Shown here one piece after another: positions 36,330 through 45,416 of a stretch of DNA of 52,224 nucleotides. How positions within the stretch are numbered: the first letter of the stretch is position 1; each line of letters starts with the position of its first letter. Both the position numbers and the translations under genes were made by a program. This DNA is from Candidatus Methylomirabilota bacterium (GTDB taxonomy: Bacteria; Methylomirabilota; Methylomirabilia; Methylomirabilales; 2-02-FULL-66-22): assembly GCA_026387775.1 (NCBI GenBank), contig JAPLLC010000092.1, positions 1 through 52,224 on the forward strand, in the 5' to 3' direction. The notes below the pieces were generated by a model. The model saw only the letters and a program-made list of their open reading frames with translations. It did no database searches and was not told where the DNA came from.

Positions 36330-37142
36330 ATGACTTCGCTGGTGATCCTCCTGGTGGCGCTGGCAGAGGAGCGGCGCGCCCTCCAGGGATGCCTGCTGGA
36401 CAGGCGCGGCGGCGTGCTTGACGATCTCCCGCTGGTCCAGGGGCGGCTCGCCGACCGGGATGTCCTGCTCCTCCAGGGAGGCATCGGCCGGGACCGCGCA
36501 CACACAAGCGTCCTGGCGGCGTCGCGACGCTTTCGCTTGCAGGCCGTCTGGTCGCTCGGCTTCGCCGGCGGCCTGGCCGATCGGCTGCGTCCGGGAGACC
36601 TGATCTATCCCGCCGGGCTCCTGGACGACGCGGCTCCCGACGCCCTGCCCCTCCCCCTCGCTCCCCACCACGCCACCGTGACCGCCGCCCTGCGGGACGC
36701 ATCGCTCTCGGTGGACACCGGCCTGCTTCTGACCGTAGATGCGCCCCTGGGGACGCCCGAGGCGAAGCGCGCCGCGCACCTGCGGACGGGGGCGGTCGCC
36801 GTGGACATGGAGACGGCGGGCGCCGCGGCCGCGGCGCAGGAACTCGGCATCCCCTGGACGGCCCTCAAAGCCATCGTAGACGCTGCCGGGAGCCCTCTCC
36901 CCCCGGTCTTGACCAGGTGCACAACTCCGCAAGGAGGGCTCGACCGAGCCGGGCTCCTGGCCGCCAGCCTGGGCGGTCGGCCGGCCTGGCGAGCCCTGAT
37001 CCGGATGGGGTGGGCGAGTCGGCGGGCCGGGCGGAACCTCCGCCGGGGGCTGGAGACCGCCTTCGGCGCGTGGGCCGCCTTGACGCCACCCGAGGTCTCC
37101 AGTACGATGCAGGCCCGCGGCGGCCTGCGGGAGGCCCGTTAG
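36330..37142 (+). CDS. Hopanoid-associated phosphorylase/nucleosidase (HpnG-like, PNP_UDP_1 family)
   Basis: AL.EE, GGIG, GFAGGL and VDMET motifs, immediately after shc. Confidence 0.75.
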   Translation: MTSLVILLVALAEERRALQGCLLDRRGGVLDDLPLVQGRLADRDVLLLQGGIGRDRAHTSVLAASRRFRLQAVWSLGFAGGLADRLRPGDLIYPAGLLDDAAPDALPLPLAPHHATVTAALRDASLSVDTGLLLTVDAPLGTPEAKRAAHLRTGAVAVDMETAGAAAAAQELGIPWTALKAIVDAAGSPLPPVLTRCTTPQGGLDRAGLLAASLGGRPAWRALIRMGWASRRAGRNLRRGLETAFGAWAALTPPEVSSTMQARGGLREAR

Positions 37143-37170
37143 ATTGTCCCATGCCTGAGGGTATCCGCGA

Positions 37171-39666
37171 ATGCCGATTCACCTCGTGATCCACGGCCAC
37201 TTCTACCAGCCGCCCCGTGAGAATCCCTGGACCGGCGCGATCGAGCGGCAGGAGAGCGCGTCGCCGTTTCACGACTGGAACGCCCGCGTCGCACACGAGT
37301 GCTATCTGCCCAACGCGCGCTCCCGCGTCCTCGACGAGCGCGGCCGGATCCAGGACATCGTCAACAACTACGAACGGCTGAGCTGGAACTTCGGCCCCAC
37401 CCTGCTCGCCTGGATATCCGAGGCGGCCCCGGATCTCCTGAAAGTGCTCGTGGCCGCCGATCGCGCCAGCCTGTCGCGCCTGGGCCACGGCAACGCCGTC
37501 GCCCAGGCCTACAACCACATGATCCTCCCCCTCGCCACCCGACGGGATCGGCAGACGCAGATCCGCTGGGCGGTCCGGGAGTTCGCCCACCGCTTCGGCC
37601 GTCCCCCCGAATCCATCTGGATGCCGGAGACGGCCGTGGACGAGACCACCCTCGCGCTCCTGGTCGAGGCGGGCATGCGCTATCTGATCCTCTCGCCGGC
37701 GCAGGCGGCCCGCTGGCGCCCCCTGGGGGGTGAGGCATGGCTCACCTCCGCTCAGGCCGAGCTCGATCCCCGGCGCCCCTACCGCTGGATCCTGCGGGAC
37801 GCCGAGGGACGCCCGCAGGGAGATCGCGGGATCGACCTCTGCTTCTACCATGCCCCCCTCTCGCGCGGCATCAGCTTCCAGCACTACCTGCGGGACGCGA
37901 GCCTCTTGGGCAACCGCATCGCCGAGGCCGCGGCCGGCGCACCGGATGCCCTGATCCTGATCGCGACCGATGGGGAGTCCTTCGGCCATCACGAGAAGTT
38001 CGGCGACATGTGTCTGGCCACACTCTTCAGCCGGGAGGCCCCGCGCCAGGGATTCGAGGTGACGAACCTGGCGGCCTACCTGGAGACGCATCGTCCCGCC
38101 TGGGAGGTGGAGCTCCTGCCGGAGAGCGCCTGGAGCTGCTCGCACGGCGTCGGCCGGTGGCGCGAAGACTGTGGATGCAGCGCCGGCGGGGGCGCGGGCT
38201 GGAATCAGGCCTGGCGCCGGCCGCTCCGCCAGGGGCTGGATCGCCTGCGTGACGCCCTGTCCGCCATCTTTCAGGAGGAGGGATCGCTTCTCTTCCGGGA
38301 TCCCTGGGCAGCCCGGGACGCCTACATCGACCTCCTGCTGGACCGAAGCGAGCCGGCGCGCGACGCCTTCTTCGTGCACTACCAGGCGCGGGGCCTGGAC
38401 CCGGCCGAGCGGGCACGGGCCCTGCGCCTCCTGGAGATGGAGCACCAGGCCATGCTCATGTTCACGAGCTGCGGCTGGTTCTTCTCCGACGTCTCCGGGA
38501 TCGAGACGGTGCAGAACCTCTGCTACGCCGCTCGGGCCATCGAGCTGGCGGCCCCCTTCGCCCCGCTGGACCTGGAGGCGGTCCTCCTGGAAGACCTGAC
38601 TCGGGCCCAGAGTAATCTCGATATGCACAGAAACGGCCGGCAGCTCTGGGAGCGCCGGGTGCGGCCCTCCCGCATGACGCCCGAGGACGCGGTCGCCCGC
38701 CTGCTCGTGGACGGATTACTGGGGCGCGAGCTGGGACCCCAGTTGCGCTATCGGTGGTCGCTCGCCCCCGAACCGGTCCGGCACGACGCGGAGTTTCTCG
38801 TCGCGGGCGTCCGGGCCACCTCCGAGATCACCGGAGAGGTGCGCCACTTCGCGGGGGCCTGCCGGCGAGACGGGCCGTTCGGTTTCCTGGCAGGCATCGC
38901 GCCCTGGCCCTCGCCGGAGGTCTTGTCGAGTTTTGCCGCCGAGGCGAAGGCCGCCCTGGTCCCTGGCGGACCGCAGCTCACCGCCTGGAGCGGCCGGTAC
39001 GCGGCGCGTCTGATTCGCCTGCGCCAGTTCTTGACCGACGAACGCCACGACGTCCTGCGGGAGTTCCTCTCCGGGACCGAGGCCGCCCTCGCCACGGAAG
39101 TGGCCCGGTTGTCCGAACAGGCCCTCCCGGCCGCCGAGGCCATGGCGGACGCTCGCATGCCGCTTCCCGGCTGGCTGGAGGCCATGCTCGAGGCGCACTG
39201 GTCGCATCGGTTTTGCGACGCCGTGGAGGCTCTCGCCGGCGTGGCCAATCCGGCCGCCTATGCGAGCCTCCTGGATCTCGGCGACCGCGCGCGCCATCTG
39301 GGCCTGAATCTCGACCTCTCCGCGGCCTCGGCCTCGTTCGGCCGAACCCTCCTCGGCCGCCTGGAGGCCATCGCGGATGCGGCCGACGCCGACCCCTGGC
39401 AGGATCTGCTGGAGCTGTTCCAGGTCGGAACGCGCCTGGGGCTCGCCCTGCCGGAGCACGCGCTGCAGGACCGCATGTTCGGCGTGTGCCGAATACGGCT
39501 CCCCCGCCTGGTGGAGGAACTCGGAGATGTCCACGATCCCCGCTACGCGGCCGTCTCCGCCATCCTGTCGGTGGCAAGCCGCCTCAACTTCCGTACGGAC
39601 GAGATCCGGGAACGCCTCAGGCCGCTGGAAGAGCCCATCGCCGCCGATCCGGCGTATTGGCCATGA
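37171..39666 (+). CDS. Glycoside hydrolase family 57 protein with DUF3536 domain
   Basis: HGHFYQPPRENPW, YNHMILPLA, WMPETA, ATDGESFGHH, WSCSHGV.RW and MFTSCGWFF motifs. Confidence 0.9.
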   Translation: MPIHLVIHGHFYQPPRENPWTGAIERQESASPFHDWNARVAHECYLPNARSRVLDERGRIQDIVNNYERLSWNFGPTLLAWISEAAPDLLKVLVAADRASLSRLGHGNAVAQAYNHMILPLATRRDRQTQIRWAVREFAHRFGRPPESIWMPETAVDETTLALLVEAGMRYLILSPAQAARWRPLGGEAWLTSAQAELDPRRPYRWILRDAEGRPQGDRGIDLCFYHAPLSRGISFQHYLRDASLLGNRIAEAAAGAPDALILIATDGESFGHHEKFGDMCLATLFSREAPRQGFEVTNLAAYLETHRPAWEVELLPESAWSCSHGVGRWREDCGCSAGGGAGWNQAWRRPLRQGLDRLRDALSAIFQEEGSLLFRDPWAARDAYIDLLLDRSEPARDAFFVHYQARGLDPAERARALRLLEMEHQAMLMFTSCGWFFSDVSGIETVQNLCYAARAIELAAPFAPLDLEAVLLEDLTRAQSNLDMHRNGRQLWERRVRPSRMTPEDAVARLLVDGLLGRELGPQLRYRWSLAPEPVRHDAEFLVAGVRATSEITGEVRHFAGACRRDGPFGFLAGIAPWPSPEVLSSFAAEAKAALVPGGPQLTAWSGRYAARLIRLRQFLTDERHDVLREFLSGTEAALATEVARLSEQALPAAEAMADARMPLPGWLEAMLEAHWSHRFCDAVEALAGVANPAAYASLLDLGDRARHLGLNLDLSAASASFGRTLLGRLEAIADAADADPWQDLLELFQVGTRLGLALPEHALQDRMFGVCRIRLPRLVEELGDVHDPRYAAVSAILSVASRLNFRTDEIRERLRPLEEPIAADPAYWP

Positions 39667-39732
39667 GACGAGCCGGGAACGCGGAGCGCCGCCTGGCGAC
39701 CATCGAACTTCGCAGGCTGAACTGGTCTTGAC

Positions 39733-40359
39733 ATGAGCGGTATTCGACGGAAACTGCAGATCACCTTCATCACCGGCCTCCTGGTCATCGTCCCGATCGC
39801 GGTCCCCGTCTGGGTCTTCTGGGAGTTGCTCAGCTTCGTGGACCGGCTCTTGGCTCCCCTGATCTCGGAGACCTTCCCGCTCTACCTGCCGGGTCTCGGC
39901 CTCTTCGTGGCGATGCTGGTCGTCATCCTGATGGGGATCTTCGCCACCAACGTGGTCGGGCGCCGCATCCTGGGGTGGCTGGACAGCCTGCTCTTCCGGA
40001 TTCCCATCTTCCGGAACGTCTACTCTGCAGTGAAACAGCTCCTGAACGCATTCTCCCCGGACAATCAGGTCGCCTTCAAGGAGTTTGTGGTCGTCCATAA
40101 CCGGGGGACGGGCCACTACTGCTTCGGATTCCTGACGGGCGCCGTGTCACTCCAGCGGGCCAACGGCGAGACGGAGCCGCTCGTGGCCGTGTACGTCCCC
40201 ACCAACCACCTGTACCTTGGCGACATCCTGCTCGCGCGGCGGGAGGACGTCATCTTGACCCGGCTGACCGTCCCCCAGGGTATCCAGATCGTCCTCTCGG
40301 GCGGGATCAGCATTCCCCAGGTGTTGCGCCAGGATCTCCCGGACAGCGGCGGAGGGTAG
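39733..40359 (+). CDS. DUF502 family membrane protein
   Basis: FITGLLVIVP, RIP...VYSAVKQ, VYVPT and SGG motifs. Confidence 0.85.
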   Translation: MSGIRRKLQITFITGLLVIVPIAVPVWVFWELLSFVDRLLAPLISETFPLYLPGLGLFVAMLVVILMGIFATNVVGRRILGWLDSLLFRIPIFRNVYSAVKQLLNAFSPDNQVAFKEFVVVHNRGTGHYCFGFLTGAVSLQRANGETEPLVAVYVPTNHLYLGDILLARREDVILTRLTVPQGIQIVLSGGISIPQVLRQDLPDSGGG

Positions 40360-40386
40360 CCCCCGGGAGCGGCGAAGGAGCGACGC

Positions 40387-41739
40387 ATGGACGGATCGGT
40401 GTTTTCCGGCCTCTGGCTGGAGGCCAGCGTCGTCGGGGCGCTCATCCTCCTGAACGGGTTCTTCGCCGCCTCGGAGATCGCCATGATCTCGGCGCGGCGG
40501 AGCCGGATCCAGCAGCTTGCCGCGACCGGGGACGCCCGCGCCCAGCGCGTCCTCGGCCTGAAGGAGGATCCGGATCGGTTTCTGGCCACGGCCCAGGTCG
40601 GCGTGACCTTCGTCGGCACGTTGGCGTCGGCCGTGGGCGGAGCGATGGCGGTCCGGGCGCTCTCCCCGCTGATCCGGGAGATTCCCGTCTTCTTGGTCCA
40701 AAAGGTCGCCGAGCCGATCGCCCTGGCGATCGTCGTCGTGCTCCTCACCTACGTCACCCTCATCCTGGGAGAGCTCGTGCCCAAGTCCCTGGCGCTGCGC
40801 CACCCGGTCGTCCTGGCCCTCTGGGCCTCGGGACCGCTGGAGCGTCTGGGCAAGGCCACCGCTCCGTTGGTCAGGCTGCTCATCGTCTCCAACCGCTTCA
40901 TCCTCCGCCTCCTGGGCCAGAAGGGCGCCGTGGAGCGCACCTTCGTCTCCGAGGAAGAGGTCAAGCACATGGTCCAGGAGGGGCGGGCCCAGGGGGTCTT
41001 CGACCAGACCGAGCAGGAGCTGATCCACAGCGTCTTCGAGTTCACAGAGGCCTCGGTGAAGGAGGTCATGATCCCGCGCCCCCGCATCCAGGCCATAGAC
41101 GTGGACATGCCCGTGGATCAGGTCCTGGCCCATATCGTCGAAACCGGGAAGTCCCGCTATCCGGTCTACCGCAGTAGCCTGGACGAGGTGCTGGGGATTC
41201 TCTACGACAAGGACCTGTTCCGGCTCCTGGCGGAGAAGAAGCCGATCGTCCTGGCGCAGGTGCTGCGTCCGGCCTTCTTCGCCCCGGATACCGCCCAGGT
41301 GAGCCATCTCCTCAAGACGATGCAGCGGCGCCGGATGCCCATGGCCCTGGTCGTCAACGAGTACGGCGGGCTGGAGGGCCTGGTCACGATCGAGGACCTG
41401 ATCGAGGAGATCGTGGGCGAGATCGAGGACGAGTCCGATCGGGAGACGCAGGCGGTCCGGCGCCTCCGCGACGGCTCCTACATCGTGGACGCCTCCATCA
41501 GCATCCATGACCTGGCCGACCAGCACCATTTGGCGTTTCCGGAATCGGCCGAGTACGAGACCCTGGCTGGATTCGTCCTCGCCCAACTCCAGCGGCTGCC
41601 GCGCGGAGGCGAGATCGTTCAGTTCGAAGGCTGGCGACTGACCATCGTGGACATGGACGGGCGGCGCATCGCCCAACTGAAGATCGAGCGGCGCGACCCG
41701 GAGACGGAGCAGAAGAAGTCCGGCGCGTCTCCGGAGTAG
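40387..41739 (+). CDS. Hemolysin / CNNM-CBS-CorC family transporter
   Basis: NGFFAASEIA, GELVPKS, SRYPVY and EYGGLEGLVTIEDLIEEIVGEIEDE motifs with a CorC C-terminal domain. Confidence 0.93.
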   Translation: MDGSVFSGLWLEASVVGALILLNGFFAASEIAMISARRSRIQQLAATGDARAQRVLGLKEDPDRFLATAQVGVTFVGTLASAVGGAMAVRALSPLIREIPVFLVQKVAEPIALAIVVVLLTYVTLILGELVPKSLALRHPVVLALWASGPLERLGKATAPLVRLLIVSNRFILRLLGQKGAVERTFVSEEEVKHMVQEGRAQGVFDQTEQELIHSVFEFTEASVKEVMIPRPRIQAIDVDMPVDQVLAHIVETGKSRYPVYRSSLDEVLGILYDKDLFRLLAEKKPIVLAQVLRPAFFAPDTAQVSHLLKTMQRRRMPMALVVNEYGGLEGLVTIEDLIEEIVGEIEDESDRETQAVRRLRDGSYIVDASISIHDLADQHHLAFPESAEYETLAGFVLAQLQRLPRGGEIVQFEGWRLTIVDMDGRRIAQLKIERRDPETEQKKSGASPE

Positions 41740-41742
41740 CCG

Positions 41743-44700
41743 ATGCGCTGGATGCGGGCGACCAAGGCCAGGGTGGCTTGCGCCCTGATTCTCGTCCCCT
41801 TCGCCATGCTCGCGCTGGCGGTCCTGGCTCCCGTCGCCGCCATGCAGGTTCCCGCCGTGAGGCGGCAGGTCCACCGCTGGGTGGAAGACCAGCTCTCCCG
41901 ATCCCTTGGGAGAGAGGTCCGGATGGAAGGCGCGGCCATCCGCCCGTGGTGGGGGCGCCTCGACCTCGCGCGGATCCGGGTGGCCGCCGGCGAGACCTTG
42001 GGGGCGGGGACGCTCTTCGAGAGCGAGGCGCTCCGGCTGCACTGGAGCTGGAAGGCGCTGCTCCGGCGCTCCATCGTCCTCGATCGGATCACCCTCGTCC
42101 ACCCCCGGCTCACCCTCCACTCGACCGTGACCTCGGCCGCCGGTACCCCCCTCGTCCGCCCCCGGCTCACCCTCCGCTCGACCGTGACCTCGGCCGCCGG
42201 TACCCGTGACCTGTTCTCGGTGTTCCTCCAGCCCCGCCCCATCGCCATGGACAGGTGGACGCTCGCGATCCACCTGGCGGAGATCGAGAATGGTCTGATC
42301 GCCTGGGGGGCGGACCGAGCCGGCGGGCGGGTCGAGGGACTCTCCGGCACGCTGCGCTGGCCGGAAGATCCTGTCGGGGAACCCGCGATCCTCCTGAGCC
42401 TCCGCGCCGCCCGCCTTCCCCTCCGGATCGGCGATGCCGCGCGGGAGCTCCGGCAGGCGAGCCTGCAGGGCGAGCTGACCTCGCGCGCCCTCGTCGTGAC
42501 CTCGGCGGAGGTCCAGATGGCCGGCGTCCGGCTCACGGCGGCGGGCCATATCCTCGATCCCGGCGGGGCCGCGCGGGCGGATCTGCGCCTGAAGCTCGCC
42601 GCGCCGCTGGCCGCCCTGTTCGGTCTGGCGGGGATCCCAAAGGAGATGGACGGCTCCCTCGACCTCGAGGGACGCCTGGATGGGCCCTGGCCCCGGGTCG
42701 CCTTTCGAGGCGACGGCAAGCTGCGCATCCGGCAGACGGCAAAGGGGGACGACCCTGTGCCCATCTCGGTGCGATGGGCCGCGGGCCGCCTGGAGATCGA
42801 AACGACAGCCCCGGACCGGCCGGGATCGCTCTCGGCCGGGATCGCGCTGCAGCCGGCGACGGGGACCTATGCGGCGCGCCTCACGGTCCGCGGGGCGGAT
42901 CTCGCCGAGCTGACCGGCTTGCCCGCGCTGGCGGCCCATCTGGCCGGCCTCAGCCTACCGGCGAATCTGCGCGGCCGGCTCACCGCCGACGTGGATCTTT
43001 CCGGCCGGGGCGCGGACCTGACGGCCCTGCGGGGGCGCGGCGCCATCCGCGTGGACGGACTCTCAGTCGAGGGGGACATCCCAAGCGGCAGGCTGGAGGC
43101 TCGAGTCGTCGCCACCGCTTCACGCCTCAGCCTGGAGACATTCGCCCTGGAGATTCCGGGCGGGTCCATCCAGGGGAGCGGGAGCATAGGATTTCAGGAC
43201 GGACGCGTGGAGTTGCCCCTCCAGGCCGATCTCCGGGACGTGGGGGCCTTCGCGAGTGGATTCGGCCTCCCTCTGCTGGGGGGGAAGGCCGCGCTGCAGG
43301 GCCGGCTGACGGGCAGCCGGGAGGCTCCCAGATTTCAGGGCCGCCTCACCTGGCAGAATCCCCGCGTCGCCTTGCAGACCTTCGACCAGATCGAGGCCGA
43401 CCTCGATCTGGTCCCCCGCCTGTTCCGGACCTCGCGCCTCGTCGTGCGCGTCGGGTCGACAACCGCCACGCTCCGCGGCAGCGTGGCGGCCCGCGGCAGC
43501 GCCCCCCTTCGCACGCTCAACCTGAAACAGGATCTCGTCCTGGATCTCCAGGGCCAGGTCAACCCGGGCCGGACCGCCGACATCGCCCGCTTCCTCCCGG
43601 ACGACCTGGGGGTGCGCGGCGCCTTCCGGGCCAGCGTGAGGATCGCGGGAACACCGGGCGCGCCGACCGGCGAGGCGGACGTCACCCTGACGAGCCCCGA
43701 GACCTGGGGCGAGCGCTGGCAGCAAGGCACGGTCAGGGTCAAGCTCCTGCCGGACGGCATCGAGCTCGGCCCCCTCCTCTTGCAGCGGGGGACCGAGCGG
43801 GTGAGCGGGGCTCTCCACCTCGGAAAGGGCGGCGGCCTGAAGGGTCGGCTCGTCGGAGCGGGCCTGGAGCTGTCCGGGCTGAACTTCCTCGCGGACAGCC
43901 GGGTGGCGGGGCAGGCAGACATCCAGGCAGACGTACAGGGATCGGCGGGCGAGCTAAAAGTGACCGGCAGCGCCACCTCTGCGGCCCTGCTCTTCCGGGA
44001 CATCCCGCTCGGCCCCGCCGCCGGCGCGTTCAGCATCGCCAAGCAGGGCACGGAGCTGGATCTGACCATCCAGAACGGTGCCCAGCGAATCCGGCTGAAC
44101 CTCGGCCCTCCTCCGGACCGCAGCCTGCGGCTTGACCTGAACCTCGCAAATGCCGATCTGGACCCGATCCTCCGGATACCAGGCGTCGAACCGCTTCGCT
44201 CTTGGCAGGCCCAGGGAACCGGGCGCCTCCTCCTCCGCGGGGCGGCGAGCGACCTGGCGGCGGCCACGGGCGAGGCCACGCTCAGCGCTCTGCGCCTCCG
44301 AAAAGACGAGCAGGTCTGGAATAACCGCAGCCCCGTGGAGCTGTCCTGGCGGGGACAGACGGTCACGCTGCGCCAGATGCAGCTTCGCTCGGGGGAAAAG
44401 GAGGTGGATCTCCGCGGCACGCTGGGAGGCGACGCGGAGAACGATCTCCAGGTGAAGGGCGCCCTGCCGCTGGTGGCCTTGCAGGGGAGGCTCCCGCTCG
44501 TTTCACTTCTGGCGGGTGAGGCGACGGTCAACCTGCGTGTCCGAGGCCCTCTGAGCGCACCCGAACTGCAGGGAGCGCTGGCCGTTGCCGGAGGTCGCCT
44601 CATGCTTCGTGGAATCCCCGCACCCTTCGAAGATCTCCGCGGCACCGCGGAGCTTCAGGGGCAGCGGGTATTCCTGCGCGCCGTCCAGGGCCGCCTGGGC

Positions 44701-45399
44701 GGTGGGAGTTTCCAGGGGTCGGGCGAGCTTGCCCGTGACGGAGGGCGGTGGAGCTTTCGGACCACCTTCCAGGAAGATGGTGGGCGGGCGGAGCATCTCC
44801 TGACCGGATTCTCCAAGGAGAAGGGCGAGGTGACGGGCGCCCTCTCGCTGGGCGGCTCCCTGGCGAGCCACGGGCAGGACGAGGACGGTTTCTGGTCGAA
44901 CCTGGAGGGCAACCTCAAGCTCGTCATGCGGGACGGCCAGATGGGGCGTCAGGCGGTCACGACCAGGATCTTGTCCATCATCAACATCGGGCAGCTTTTC
45001 GACGTCAAGGACCTCGACGTGTCCGCCCAGGGCTTGCCGTACCAGAGGCTCACGGCCGACATCGCGATCAAGCAAGGTGTCGCCCGGACGGAGAACCTCC
45101 TCTTCGAGAGCCGGGCCTTCAACCTGAGCGCGGTCGGAGAGGTGAATCTGGTCGAGGAGACCATCGAGATGAACCTGGCGGTCAGGCCCTTCCAGAATGT
45201 TGACAGGTTCCTCAGCAAGATTCCCCTGGCCGGGTGGCTCCTGGGCGGGAAGGAGAAGAGCGTGGCGGTGAGCTTCTACCGGGTCACCGGGTCCCTCAAG
45301 GATCCCCAGGTAACGTCGCTCCCGGCGAAAAGCCTGGGCCGAAACGCCTTCGGCATCTTCCGCCGCCTGCTTGACATCCCCGAGGCGATCATGCCCTAA
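41743..45399 (+). CDS. AsmA-like / TamB-YhdP type large periplasmic beta-taco protein
   Basis: N-terminal TM anchor, about 1200 aa of Gly/Leu-rich beta repeats, C-terminal AsmA_2-like segment (KIPLAGWLLGG...VTGSLKDPQV). Confidence 0.78.
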   Translation: MRWMRATKARVACALILVPFAMLALAVLAPVAAMQVPAVRRQVHRWVEDQLSRSLGREVRMEGAAIRPWWGRLDLARIRVAAGETLGAGTLFESEALRLHWSWKALLRRSIVLDRITLVHPRLTLHSTVTSAAGTPLVRPRLTLRSTVTSAAGTRDLFSVFLQPRPIAMDRWTLAIHLAEIENGLIAWGADRAGGRVEGLSGTLRWPEDPVGEPAILLSLRAARLPLRIGDAARELRQASLQGELTSRALVVTSAEVQMAGVRLTAAGHILDPGGAARADLRLKLAAPLAALFGLAGIPKEMDGSLDLEGRLDGPWPRVAFRGDGKLRIRQTAKGDDPVPISVRWAAGRLEIETTAPDRPGSLSAGIALQPATGTYAARLTVRGADLAELTGLPALAAHLAGLSLPANLRGRLTADVDLSGRGADLTALRGRGAIRVDGLSVEGDIPSGRLEARVVATASRLSLETFALEIPGGSIQGSGSIGFQDGRVELPLQADLRDVGAFASGFGLPLLGGKAALQGRLTGSREAPRFQGRLTWQNPRVALQTFDQIEADLDLVPRLFRTSRLVVRVGSTTATLRGSVAARGSAPLRTLNLKQDLVLDLQGQVNPGRTADIARFLPDDLGVRGAFRASVRIAGTPGAPTGEADVTLTSPETWGERWQQGTVRVKLLPDGIELGPLLLQRGTERVSGALHLGKGGGLKGRLVGAGLELSGLNFLADSRVAGQADIQADVQGSAGELKVTGSATSAALLFRDIPLGPAAGAFSIAKQGTELDLTIQNGAQRIRLNLGPPPDRSLRLDLNLANADLDPILRIPGVEPLRSWQAQGTGRLLLRGAASDLAAATGEATLSALRLRKDEQVWNNRSPVELSWRGQTVTLRQMQLRSGEKEVDLRGTLGGDAENDLQVKGALPLVALQGRLPLVSLLAGEATVNLRVRGPLSAPELQGALAVAGGRLMLRGIPAPFEDLRGTAELQGQRVFLRAVQGRLGGGSFQGSGELARDGGRWSFRTTFQEDGGRAEHLLTGFSKEKGEVTGALSLGGSLASHGQDEDGFWSNLEGNLKLVMRDGQMGRQAVTTRILSIINIGQLFDVKDLDVSAQGLPYQRLTADIAIKQGVARTENLLFESRAFNLSAVGEVNLVEETIEMNLAVRPFQNVDRFLSKIPLAGWLLGGKEKSVAVSFYRVTGSLKDPQVTSLPAKSLGRNAFGIFRRLLDIPEAIMP
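42092..42205. repeat. In-frame 57-bp tandem duplication in the AsmA-like gene
   Basis: Two copies encoding LVHPRLTLHSTVTSAAGTP and LVRPRLTLRSTVTSAAGTR; the 57-bp units differ at two A/G positions. Confidence 0.92.
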
Positions 45400-45416
45400 C
45401 CCGTGTCGCCCGCTCT

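Noticed and set aside
42092-42205. Adenine-specific differences between repeats as a DGR template/variable pair
   Set aside because: Only two differences, the copies are tandem and in frame, and there is no reverse transcriptase in the window.
40147-42939. 930-aa minus-strand ORF, and similar long antisense ORFs such as 46368-48590
   Set aside because: Antisense shadows of well-supported genes in GC-rich DNA, with no motifs of their own.
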